A stretch of DNA of 41,788 nt from a virus. Shown piece after piece: positions 23,069 through 31,609 of this stretch. Each line of letters opens with the position of its first letter. The stretch's first letter is position 1. The stretch is from the IMG/VR virus record IMGVR_UViG_3300028914_000022, positions 1 through 41,788 of that record. One strand, 5' to 3'. A program made the translations under genes and the position numbers. Below the pieces are notes generated by a model. That model was not told where the DNA came from and did no database searches. It worked only from the letters and a program-made list of their open reading frames with translations.

Positions 23069-25568
23069 ATTTTAGCGTCGTGTTTGCGTTTCGACTGGAC
23101 AAATTTAAAGACATTTTTTGAATTGTACCAAATCCCAAGTCAGTTTTTATTAACTGCAACGTATTTGGGTCGGTCAATGATGGGAATTTTAACGTTTGCG
23201 TCTTTAACTTCTTAACGCCATGTGCAACTAATTGATTCCCGTTGTATTTAAACTCCCACGCCGGCATGTCCCAAAAATAGTATTGTTGCAAATAAACGAA
23301 AGCAACATACGCATTTTGCAAAACATAATCGACTGAATCTATAACAAAATTGTAATACGGCAATTTATAAGATTTAGCGCGTAACGTTTGAGTGACAACG
23401 ATATCCGATACATCGGCCATCGTCAATTCCACCTGCGTTTCCCCATCATATATGTTTAAACCAAACCATTTCGCAGTTGGATATACCGTCAACATAGACA
23501 CCGGAGAGAAAGAATATTTTTGCTCATCGGTTAAATGGATAGTCCCCAAATAATTACTGCTTTCGTCAAAAACAACACAGTCATAAAAGTAATAACCGAT
23601 ATTGTTTTGTGACAAATTCAAATTACGCACATTTGAAATTCTCATACGTGGCAATGCAATCTCGCCATCTGATGGATTAAATGAACCATCAATTTCAGAA
23701 TATGAGTAATTCACATTCAGTTTCAACACATTCTGTATATCCGAACCCGTTGCGGCTAACAAAACAAAACCATCCTTTGAAATCTCGTTTGGATTTAACA
23801 GAATGTAATCTATATCGGACGTAAAATTCAAAACGTCTATTTGTTCGATGTTTCCCGGATTGACATATTTTGAAACAATATCAATTGGATTTCCGTCGAA
23901 CAATTGCGTAACATCATCCATCCATCCGAATTGATACCTTGACGCCATTTCTGGTTTGTCATATTGGAATTTCGAAGTTGTAAACGCCCATTTTTTCCCG
24001 TTTCGCGTTACTTGTTCAACGGTCAAGTCACGGCCGACAACAGGTGTACCGGAATAGGAACCTCCACGGCGGAAGTATTCAATATGTTCAATTCTAAATC
24101 TGTTTTGTTCATCAACAAACCAATAGCAACGGAAACAATCGCGCAACATATCCAAAACCACTTTCAAAGTAATTGGGGCCTTTTGCGCCGGTTGGTCATA
24201 ACCTAATGAAATCACGTTTGATTTTGGCGTTATGAATATTGTCTGGTTGATTCCCAACAACGGATTGTTGCCATTGTAGAAAAATTGCGAGTAGTCCGGG
24301 GTATCAAAATGCGTCAGATTAGGCGCAATCTGTTTCAGCAACACCGAAATAACGGATGCCAACGGGTATGCATCTCGCAAGGTGTATTCTTTTCTGAACT
24401 GACTTTCAATATACCAATCTGAATTGCTGTAAGCAAACCAAATCGATATTGCGCCCCAAGCATTTCTTGAAACAGGATAAAACTTTGTAATACTTGGTTC
24501 ATCCGGTGAATCGTAATATTGACCCGGTTGATATAGCCCCCATTGTGTTGGCTCATCTGAAAAACGTTCAGAAAACCAAATCCTATCCGGAGAACTGTAT
24601 CCAACAACACGTCGGTAATTCCTGTTGTTTCCAACAATGTCATTGTCAGGAATCTGATGTGTGTTGATTCCAAATACACTTTCAACATCGCAAACATAAC
24701 GCGCATATACAGGCATATCGTGGATATATACCGAAACATCCCCAATTGCGCCTGTTCCTGCAACTGGCAACAATACAACTTCTTGCGGCGGAGATTCAAA
24801 AGGTGCTAAACTATACCACAATCTTACATTATCAGAATTCCTTACAATTTCATAAAAATAGACATAAGTTAACGATTGTAATTCACGACCATATCGTAAT
24901 GTATATTCCCCGTTACTCATTTCATAATAATCCGTTGTGACATCTTCTTTTGTCATCATGTTCGGCAACACGGGTGACATTGTACCAGATATTTCGGCAA
25001 TGCGTATCGACTTGTTAAGCGAGAAAAAGTATGTATCTGTCAATTCTTGCACATCGGTTACAGATTCGCAACTTTGCTCCCACCACATACCGGACAGGAA
25101 ACAACCGATAACCGTTTGTCCCGGGACGTAAACTTGTATCATCGGGCGTTTGTCAAGATCGATCGTGTAAATTTCCGGGGCCAACTCTGTTAAATTGTAT
25201 TCGTTATCCAATCCGGCCAAGACATCCGTATATTGGTCAACGACTTCTGGAGTCACCGTGACATTCTTGTTGTCTTTATCAAACCTGCAGTCCGTTTTCC
25301 AGAAATTTCCGGACCAATATAACGTCCATGATGTTCCGGCATTGTATGATATATATATCTTGATGTCAAATTGCGTGTCGAACTGTTGGGTTGCAATGAA
25401 GTCGTAATCATCCCTTACAAACGTCAATTTACCTGACAATTTTGCCCGGTAAAATTCTTCGTTCGTCTGCAACTCATAATCCTTTGTCAGATCGTCACGA
25501 TAAACGGGGAATGACTGTTGCTCATCGCCACCGTCAGCCGCCAATGTAAACTTATATATCGGGTTCAT
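23055..25568 (-). CDS. Large distal tail/baseplate protein (Dit/Tal position)
   Basis: 837-aa ORF starting 7 nt after the tape measure stop. The call rests on position only. Confidence 0.5.
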   Translation of the reverse strand: MNPIYKFTLAADGGDEQQSFPVYRDDLTKDYELQTNEEFYRAKLSGKLTFVRDDYDFIATQQFDTQFDIKIYISYNAGTSWTLYWSGNFWKTDCRFDKDNKNVTVTPEVVDQYTDVLAGLDNEYNLTELAPEIYTIDLDKRPMIQVYVPGQTVIGCFLSGMWWEQSCESVTDVQELTDTYFFSLNKSIRIAEISGTMSPVLPNMMTKEDVTTDYYEMSNGEYTLRYGRELQSLTYVYFYEIVRNSDNVRLWYSLAPFESPPQEVVLLPVAGTGAIGDVSVYIHDMPVYARYVCDVESVFGINTHQIPDNDIVGNNRNYRRVVGYSSPDRIWFSERFSDEPTQWGLYQPGQYYDSPDEPSITKFYPVSRNAWGAISIWFAYSNSDWYIESQFRKEYTLRDAYPLASVISVLLKQIAPNLTHFDTPDYSQFFYNGNNPLLGINQTIFITPKSNVISLGYDQPAQKAPITLKVVLDMLRDCFRCYWFVDEQNRFRIEHIEYFRRGGSYSGTPVVGRDLTVEQVTRNGKKWAFTTSKFQYDKPEMASRYQFGWMDDVTQLFDGNPIDIVSKYVNPGNIEQIDVLNFTSDIDYILLNPNEISKDGFVLLAATGSDIQNVLKLNVNYSYSEIDGSFNPSDGEIALPRMRISNVRNLNLSQNNIGYYFYDCVVFDESSNYLGTIHLTDEQKYSFSPVSMLTVYPTAKWFGLNIYDGETQVELTMADVSDIVVTQTLRAKSYKLPYYNFVIDSVDYVLQNAYVAFVYLQQYYFWDMPAWEFKYNGNQLVAHGVKKLKTQTLKFPSLTDPNTLQLIKTDLGFGTIQKMSLNLSSRNANTTLKYDTE

Positions 25569-25574
25569 ATTCGA

Positions 25575-28500
25575 TTAGTTTTTGTAAATCTTGCGCGTCA
25601 AATTCTTATAACGGATGATAATGTTTCCATTTCCGTCAACGTATTGTGTGCGGTCGCCCTGCTCCCGGATTGCCGCAACGTCCTTCTCCAATCCGGAAAC
25701 GTCTGTTGAACCTCCAAATAAACTTATTGCGTAACCATCCATCGTTGCGTTGGCGCGTTGGTATTTTTCCGCAAACGTACCATCATTAAAGGCATTTATG
25801 ACATCCGGGATCAAACGGCCATAACGACGCGAATTGCGCTTGTTGATGATGGCAAAGTATTCCCCTCCCTCCGCGCGTCTGCGTGTTCCGTCCGGCTTTG
25901 TACCCAAATCAATGTCGTTTCCGCTTGCATGACTACCACCGTGCAACAATTCAACGGTACCTTTTCCGTATTGTTCGGTTTGTGTCGTTACTTGCGCCGC
26001 CTTGATCTTTGCGGCAACGAACGACCCCCACATTGTCGCAATTGCAGCAACAGCCAATCCCGGTCCGACAATCGGAATGCCGCCCAATGCCGCCCAAATG
26101 TTTGCAGACGCGGTGATCAGTGACGAAGACTGCGTAATACTGTCGATTGCCAACTGCGCCTTCTGCGCCTTCTGTTTTTCTTTAAGTGCCTGTTCCTGGT
26201 TTTTCTTAGCCAAATCTAACTCTTTTTGCGCGGTTTCAACTTCATTCGAATAACCGGCGTTTCTTGCCTCAATTTCAGCATCCAGAGTCTTTTGCGCCGC
26301 CTCAACCTGTTTGTTTGCAGCATTGACGGCTGCTTCAGCGGCCGCATTCCACGAATCAACCAATGAACTAATCGAGTCCTTGACTGAATCAATTGCCGTA
26401 TTCAATGCACTTTGTTGCGAAGAATCAACATTTAAACCCAACAATTCATACATGTTGTTGTATGGTAATCTCTTCGTTTCTTTTTCGATACCGGAAATTG
26501 TTGCCTTAATAGACTCGATTTCGTCTTCTGTCATCTTCTTAGAAGCGGTTTTGTCCATTTCCAATATCGCTTCCAAACGTGCCTTTTCCTGTTCAAGACG
26601 GAACAATGTTTTTTGACGTTCGTTTTTGTCAAGCAAATCAAATTCTGCCTCCTCTCTGCTTTGCAACGCTTCCAGATTTTGTTTTGCCAACTTCTGGTGG
26701 AAATCTGCCGCTTCTTTCAACAACAATTTGTCATACTTGGCGTTAATTGCCTGTTCGGACTGACGGATGTTTTCTGACTTTTGCTTGTTGTTTTCAAGTT
26801 CAATTTGACGTTGTTTTTCGATGTTGGCCAACCGCAACTCCAACATCCTTTCCGTTCCATCTTCCGTGATGGCAATTTCAAGTTGGATGGCCTGTTGCTC
26901 AGCCTGCAACCTTTGTACGTTAATCTTGGAAACTTCGTTGGCAAACTGTTTCTTTGTCTCCAACGCCTTTTTGTCGTACTTTGCGTTAATTGCTTCCTCG
27001 TCTTGGCGTTGTGCAACGGCCTTTTGCCTGTTTTGTTCTAACTCCAATTGACGTTCAGCCTCTACCTTATCCAAACGCAACTGCAACATCTTTTCGGTGC
27101 CAGCGTCTTCAATGGCAATTTCCGTATTGATAGCATCAACAACGGCCTTGCGATCTGCAATGCGTTGTTTCTTTGATGCCTCTGCCTCTTTTTTCGCCTC
27201 CGCTTGTCCGGCTTCCTCGGCCTTTTTTGCTTGCTCTTTTCGAGCATTATCCTCTTGCTCTTTGCGTGCTTTTATAGCGTCTGATTCGGCTTTGATAATG
27301 GATTTACGTTGTAGTTCATAATCTTTTTTAGCCTGTTCGGAAAGTTTATCGGCCTCATTTTGACTCAAAGTCATGTCTGCTTGGTATCTTGCAACCTTTT
27401 CTTCATACGCCCGTAATATTTGATCCAATTGTTGAGCAAATGTCAAATGGCTTAAATCTGTGTTGACCTTATCAACGGCGACACGCAAAGCCTCTTTTTC
27501 TTCCTGTAACTGTTTGCGTCGTTTTCTTCCGGCATCCTCAATCAACTTATCGTATTCGGCCTCGCGGTTCTTAATGTATTGATCCAGATATTCGCTGCCA
27601 AACCGGTCGAAAACATCCTGCAACGTCTGAACCTGCATGTTTGCATATTCGTTCACGCGGGCGTCCCTAAATGTGTATATAAGGCCCTCGACACCCCTCG
27701 TCAACGTATCAATTACATGTTTGATTGTGCCGGTGCTATTACTCATTGATAAGATGAAACCCTCCCAAGCGGATTTCAACAACTTGATTGAACCCTCGAC
27801 AGTTTCTAATCTTTGTGATTGTATCCTGTCCAACTCTCCGTCCACATTCTCTAATTCGGCCCGCAATTCCCGTGATGCCTCCGCGCCGGATAAGAACGCA
27901 TTGAATGCGGCCACACTACGTTTGTCTGTCAATTCTAATGTTTCATTAAGATTAACTCCGGCATCACGTAGTTTAATTAAAGCGTCAATGATTTCGTTAA
28001 ACGTTGAGACAGAACCCCCCAATTCTTTAGCAAGTTTACCACTTGAGTTCGCCAGGTTCAACAGAATGTTTCGCGTCGCGGTCGCCGCCGTTGAAGCGTC
28101 GAATCCGGCATTGGCAAGCGTACCCAACAATGCCGTCGTGTCTTTAAGGCTTAAACCGTATGCGTGTGCAACTGGCGCAATCGTTGACATTGCCGTTTCC
28201 AACATGCTAAACGACAATGCGCTTTTGTTTGTGGCAACGGCCAAGGTGCCAAGCACATCTTCTGTTTGTGTGCTGTCAAGTTCAAAGGCCCGCAAGGTGG
28301 CACCCGCAAGTTTGGCCGCACTCGCAAGGTCTGTTCCAACCGCCGTCGCAAATTGAAGAATCGATTTTTGCATGTTCATTATCTCAATTTGCGTAAAACC
28401 AAGTTTTGCCAACTCGGTTTGTAACGATGTCACTTGCGATGCAGTATATTCGGTTGAACGACCCAATTCCAACGCCGAATTGGTCAACGCTTTCATCTGG

Positions 28501-29300
28501 GTCTTGTTAACTCCAAGTATCGTTGACAAATCGGCGTTTGCCTGTTCGAATTCCTTGATCTTGTTAAACGCGCCGGTCAATCCGCGCACAAACATCAGAA
28601 GTATTCCTATTGTACCGGCCAATGCAACAGTAAATCCGCGCAACGCCTTTGTTCCCAATGGCAACCCGGACTTTGAAATTGCTCCAAGTTGCACGCCCAT
28701 GTTCGTCAACCCGCTAAACACTTGGTTGATAGGCCCCGGCAAACCGCGCAACGCATTTTCATAATGTCCGACTTCCAATGTGTAATTTCCTGTTGCTTTT
28801 TGCAACCGGCTCATTTCTTCGTAAATGGCACGTGTTTCTTTTTCGAGTTGGCGTCCCTCTTTGGTCAAATTTCGTTCCTCGGCCGACATTTCGTTTAACC
28901 GAATCTTGTTCAACCTATATTGGGCCGACAATCTTTTGTACGAACCCTCCTTGGATGTGTTGATTTCGACAATCAATTTGTCGATGCGTTGTTGTTCCTT
29001 TACGGCTGCAATGACTTGTTGTCGCCGCCTGTAAGTTTCGCTTTCTGCGTCATTGCTTTTTTTGTATGCCTCATAAAGTTTTTCGGATTCGGAAACCAAA
29101 CCCGAAATGTTTTTCCGTTGGTCCTCCGTGGCACCGGAAAGATTCTGCATACTTTTAGCCGCATCAGCCGCCGCGCCTTGAATCTTTTGTTTTGCGGCTT
29201 CATACTTTGCGATCAATTCATCCAATTGCGCAATCAGATTTTTAATTGAATCGTCCGGAGTTATTAAATCGCGGTAATAAATTGGGTTCGGGTTGTCCAT
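25575..29300 (-). CDS. Tail tape measure protein (TP901-family core)
   Basis: 1241 aa. The core region reads ATLRAFELDSTQTEDVLGTLAVATNKSALSF...LLGTLANAGFDASTAATATRN. It also has long coiled coils and hydrophobic segments. Confidence 0.93.
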   Translation of the reverse strand: MDNPNPIYYRDLITPDDSIKNLIAQLDELIAKYEAAKQKIQGAAADAAKSMQNLSGATEDQRKNISGLVSESEKLYEAYKKSNDAESETYRRRQQVIAAVKEQQRIDKLIVEINTSKEGSYKRLSAQYRLNKIRLNEMSAEERNLTKEGRQLEKETRAIYEEMSRLQKATGNYTLEVGHYENALRGLPGPINQVFSGLTNMGVQLGAISKSGLPLGTKALRGFTVALAGTIGILLMFVRGLTGAFNKIKEFEQANADLSTILGVNKTQMKALTNSALELGRSTEYTASQVTSLQTELAKLGFTQIEIMNMQKSILQFATAVGTDLASAAKLAGATLRAFELDSTQTEDVLGTLAVATNKSALSFSMLETAMSTIAPVAHAYGLSLKDTTALLGTLANAGFDASTAATATRNILLNLANSSGKLAKELGGSVSTFNEIIDALIKLRDAGVNLNETLELTDKRSVAAFNAFLSGAEASRELRAELENVDGELDRIQSQRLETVEGSIKLLKSAWEGFILSMSNSTGTIKHVIDTLTRGVEGLIYTFRDARVNEYANMQVQTLQDVFDRFGSEYLDQYIKNREAEYDKLIEDAGRKRRKQLQEEKEALRVAVDKVNTDLSHLTFAQQLDQILRAYEEKVARYQADMTLSQNEADKLSEQAKKDYELQRKSIIKAESDAIKARKEQEDNARKEQAKKAEEAGQAEAKKEAEASKKQRIADRKAVVDAINTEIAIEDAGTEKMLQLRLDKVEAERQLELEQNRQKAVAQRQDEEAINAKYDKKALETKKQFANEVSKINVQRLQAEQQAIQLEIAITEDGTERMLELRLANIEKQRQIELENNKQKSENIRQSEQAINAKYDKLLLKEAADFHQKLAKQNLEALQSREEAEFDLLDKNERQKTLFRLEQEKARLEAILEMDKTASKKMTEDEIESIKATISGIEKETKRLPYNNMYELLGLNVDSSQQSALNTAIDSVKDSISSLVDSWNAAAEAAVNAANKQVEAAQKTLDAEIEARNAGYSNEVETAQKELDLAKKNQEQALKEKQKAQKAQLAIDSITQSSSLITASANIWAALGGIPIVGPGLAVAAIATMWGSFVAAKIKAAQVTTQTEQYGKGTVELLHGGSHASGNDIDLGTKPDGTRRRAEGGEYFAIINKRNSRRYGRLIPDVINAFNDGTFAEKYQRANATMDGYAISLFGGSTDVSGLEKDVAAIREQGDRTQYVDGNGNIIIRYKNLTRKIYKN
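26634..27122 (-). repeat. Tandem duplication of about 82 aa inside the tape measure
   Basis: Residues 727-808 (EIAIEDAGTEKMLQLRLDKVEAERQLELEQNRQK...AINAKYDK) and 809-889 (EIAITEDGTERMLELRLANIEKQRQIELENNKQK...AINAKYDK) align end to end. Confidence 0.8.
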
Positions 29301-29373
29301 CTTGTTATTTTTTTAAAAAAAGCCATATAACGGCATTTCGTTTGTCAAATGATAAATTATATATCCCAACACA

Positions 29374-30159
29374 TCATCGTTTCATATTGGGCCGTTTTTG
29401 CGCCCTTTCTGCCTGTTTTGCCCTTTCCTTTACGAAATCAAACGCGTTGTAAAATTCCAAAACCGTGTATTTCTTCGGTTCGACGTGCAATTGCTCCGAC
29501 AACACCAAGCAAAGATTTTCGAATTGTCTTTCAAACTGTATCTCCACACCGTCGGAACCCGTAAACAACTTCGGGTTTGAATAGGTAATTAGCGCATTGG
29601 TCAACTTCGAAACAATCTGTGATGCGCCGGGGTCCTTTTCGCCGGCAACTATTCCTTTCAAGATTTCCAACGTGCGCTTTTTCAGAATGTCGTAGTATTC
29701 TTTCACTTCGGAATCATTGAACAGGGCCGGAAAATACAACATCAATTCCCCGTCAATTTTTTTTTTGACCGCTTCCAATTGGGCGGTCAATTCTTTTTCC
29801 GGTACGTCGTTCAACGTTTCAGTAATGGCGGCCAACGCATCGTCGCCAATGTCCGAACAATCCTTGCCGTCCAATCTTGTAACCAATACCGCGAACGCCC
29901 GGTGTTTTGGTTCCAACCCGTTTTGTATAAAGAAAACACATTGCCGCAAGTTTTCCAATTCCTGTTGCGCCTGTTCATGTTTGTTGGCCGCAATGAATTC
30001 GCGGACCCTTAACAAGCGTTGGTCAAATGCGGCCATATCTGAACCAACGCCGGCATCGACCAACAACAACTTCTGGTACTTGTGGAAACGCACAATCGGC
30101 AATTCCTCGATCGTGTCGTAAAACTCGACTTTGTGTTTTCCTATCTGGGCCGTTACCAT
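29374..30159 (-). CDS. Hypothetical protein in the tail-assembly-chaperone position
   Basis: 261 aa from the ATG at 30159 (MVTAQIGKHK), immediately upstream of the tape measure. I saw no slippery-site frameshift. Confidence 0.45.
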   Translation of the reverse strand: MVTAQIGKHKVEFYDTIEELPIVRFHKYQKLLLVDAGVGSDMAAFDQRLLRVREFIAANKHEQAQQELENLRQCVFFIQNGLEPKHRAFAVLVTRLDGKDCSDIGDDALAAITETLNDVPEKELTAQLEAVKKKIDGELMLYFPALFNDSEVKEYYDILKKRTLEILKGIVAGEKDPGASQIVSKLTNALITYSNPKLFTGSDGVEIQFERQFENLCLVLSEQLHVEPKKYTVLEFYNAFDFVKERAKQAERAQKRPNMKR

Positions 30160-30422
30160 AATTCCCGTGCGATTAATGTTGAACAAAAGGGTGCAAACAT
30201 CAGAAACCAATCATGTGTTGCAACGCACAAAGATAATGAAATTGCGACGCACATCCACCATGAACAACAAAATTTACAAGTGAAAAGTTTATACAAAAAG
30301 TCATTCGGAGCGTGGACCTGCAACCATTCAAGCCAATTCCATTTTGCGGCCAATGCCAACAGGAATGCGGCCGTTAAACCAATTACCGCAACCCAACATA
30401 CAAATTCGATTATCGTACACAT
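30153..30422 (-). CDS. Small Cys-rich integral membrane protein (possibly DUF1360-like)
   Basis: 89 aa with 3 hydrophobic helices and the motif FTCKFCCSWW. It is embedded in the structural operon. Confidence 0.5.
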   Translation of the reverse strand: MCTIIEFVCWVAVIGLTAAFLLALAAKWNWLEWLQVHAPNDFLYKLFTCKFCCSWWMCVAISLSLCVATHDWFLMFAPFCSTLIARELW

Positions 30423-31000
30423 AATTCCGGATATTCCAAAACCCCATCAAATCGCATACCATAATACGGGTGCATTAAAAATTGATTGTCAATTTCACTC
30501 AAAGAATAACCACGGTAAATGTTTTCGGCACGCTCATAAATTCGGTTAATCGTGATCCGGCCATTGTGCAACCTCCAACCGGCCCGGCCGTTTAACACAT
30601 GCAAGATGTCTGCTTTCAACTTTTCCGTGTTTCTGTTTGTTTCCGAATTGTAAACCCGTGTAAGATCAAACCAGAATATCAATCCAAATGGTGAGTGCAT
30701 TTCACGCGCCCACACGCCCGGGTCGATGGTTTGTGGATCGTCGATTTCAAAGAACGAGAAATTGCCAATCTTTGAATCCGGCGAAACCTCGATGTAATCA
30801 TTGGGGCCGTGGCCGTTCCACCCGCCGCAATAGACGTTTGGGGTAATCACCCGTTTCCCGTTTATATTCTTTGAAAGTCTTTGCGAACGTCCAAACGCCG
30901 CATCCAACCATGTTATGTTTTCAATCAAACCGGTTTGGATTTCGCCAATTATTTCATCCAACATTACCGGATTGGGAATTATCGGTGCATTAGTTGCCAT
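30410..31000 (-). CDS. Virion structural protein (tail tube or neck candidate)
   Basis: 196-aa ORF. Its size and position between the connector-like gene and the TMP cluster are the only support. Confidence 0.4.
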   Translation of the reverse strand: MATNAPIIPNPVMLDEIIGEIQTGLIENITWLDAAFGRSQRLSKNINGKRVITPNVYCGGWNGHGPNDYIEVSPDSKIGNFSFFEIDDPQTIDPGVWAREMHSPFGLIFWFDLTRVYNSETNRNTEKLKADILHVLNGRAGWRLHNGRITINRIYERAENIYRGYSLSEIDNQFLMHPYYGMRFDGVLEYPELCVR

Positions 31001-31505
31001 AAAGTCGCGTTCTTATATCGTGCATCAATTCATTATACGCACCCCGTTCGACGAAAACAACTATCCAATTTGACATCATCAAACCAAACGTCCGAATGCC
31101 ATATTTGCCGATAATCTCTTTTGCATAACTTGTTGTCCCAACAACCCCGACGGTCTGGGCGTCGAATTGAACGCCCAATTCGTCATGGAAACGCCCGTTG
31201 ATGTAAAGGTTGGGCGCATCCGGATTGCGGTTTGCCGCAAACGGGTAACTTATCCCGGATTGTTTCCAAGCGGAATAACGCCGTGCCGATTCGACACTCT
31301 TAAAATATCCGGTTGGCTTCAAATCCTCGCTATAATATGGGCGTATGTCTTGACCGTTGGATGCCAATCCGGAAAACAATTGTTGTTTTTGCAACTCCAT
31401 TATGTCTTCCGGGTGCCTTATAACGGTATTGCGTACAAGTTCGCCTGTCTGCAAGCCGTCATTGACATTTGCGACGCGTGTCCGTAGGTCATTCAATATT
31501 CCCAT
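30990..31505 (-). CDS. Head-tail connector/neck candidate
   Basis: 171-aa ORF downstream of the capsid module. The call rests on position only. Confidence 0.4.
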   Translation of the reverse strand: MGILNDLRTRVANVNDGLQTGELVRNTVIRHPEDIMELQKQQLFSGLASNGQDIRPYYSEDLKPTGYFKSVESARRYSAWKQSGISYPFAANRNPDAPNLYINGRFHDELGVQFDAQTVGVVGTTSYAKEIIGKYGIRTFGLMMSNWIVVFVERGAYNELMHDIRTRLYGN

Positions 31506-31530
31506 TTTTTAACGTTTTTTTGGGCGTTTC

Positions 31531-31583
31531 CGGGCGTTTGTCATAAGGGAATAGCGAAATATTATTTATTTTCCAAACGCCCG
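31531..31583. promoter_or_regulatory. 10-bp perfect inverted repeat, CGGGCGTTTG-N33-CAAACGCCCG
   Basis: The arms are at 31531-31540 and 31574-31583. An extra direct half-site, GGGCGTTT, lies at 31522-31529. All of this sits in the 104-nt gap before gene 30990..31505. Confidence 0.45.
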
Positions 31584-31609
31584 TCATTCGCCGTTTTTTA
31601 CAATTTTAA

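Noticed and set aside
27637-28356. Long plus-strand ORFs throughout the window, e.g. 27637..28356, 6344..7054, 5940..6557, 34223..34792, 15015..15629, 32321..32881 and 4072..4629.
   Set aside because: All lie antisense to, and fully inside, minus-strand genes with recognisable domains. Their products are low-complexity or Ser/Leu/Phe-rich. No promoter-like box or gap supports them. They look like shadow ORFs of the coding strand.
29301-30159. Programmed -1 frameshift of a tail assembly chaperone (G/GT-like) upstream of the tape measure.
   Set aside because: I found no overlapping extension frame or slippery heptamer at the 3' end of 29374..30159. The 73-nt gap before the tape measure holds the bipartite element instead.
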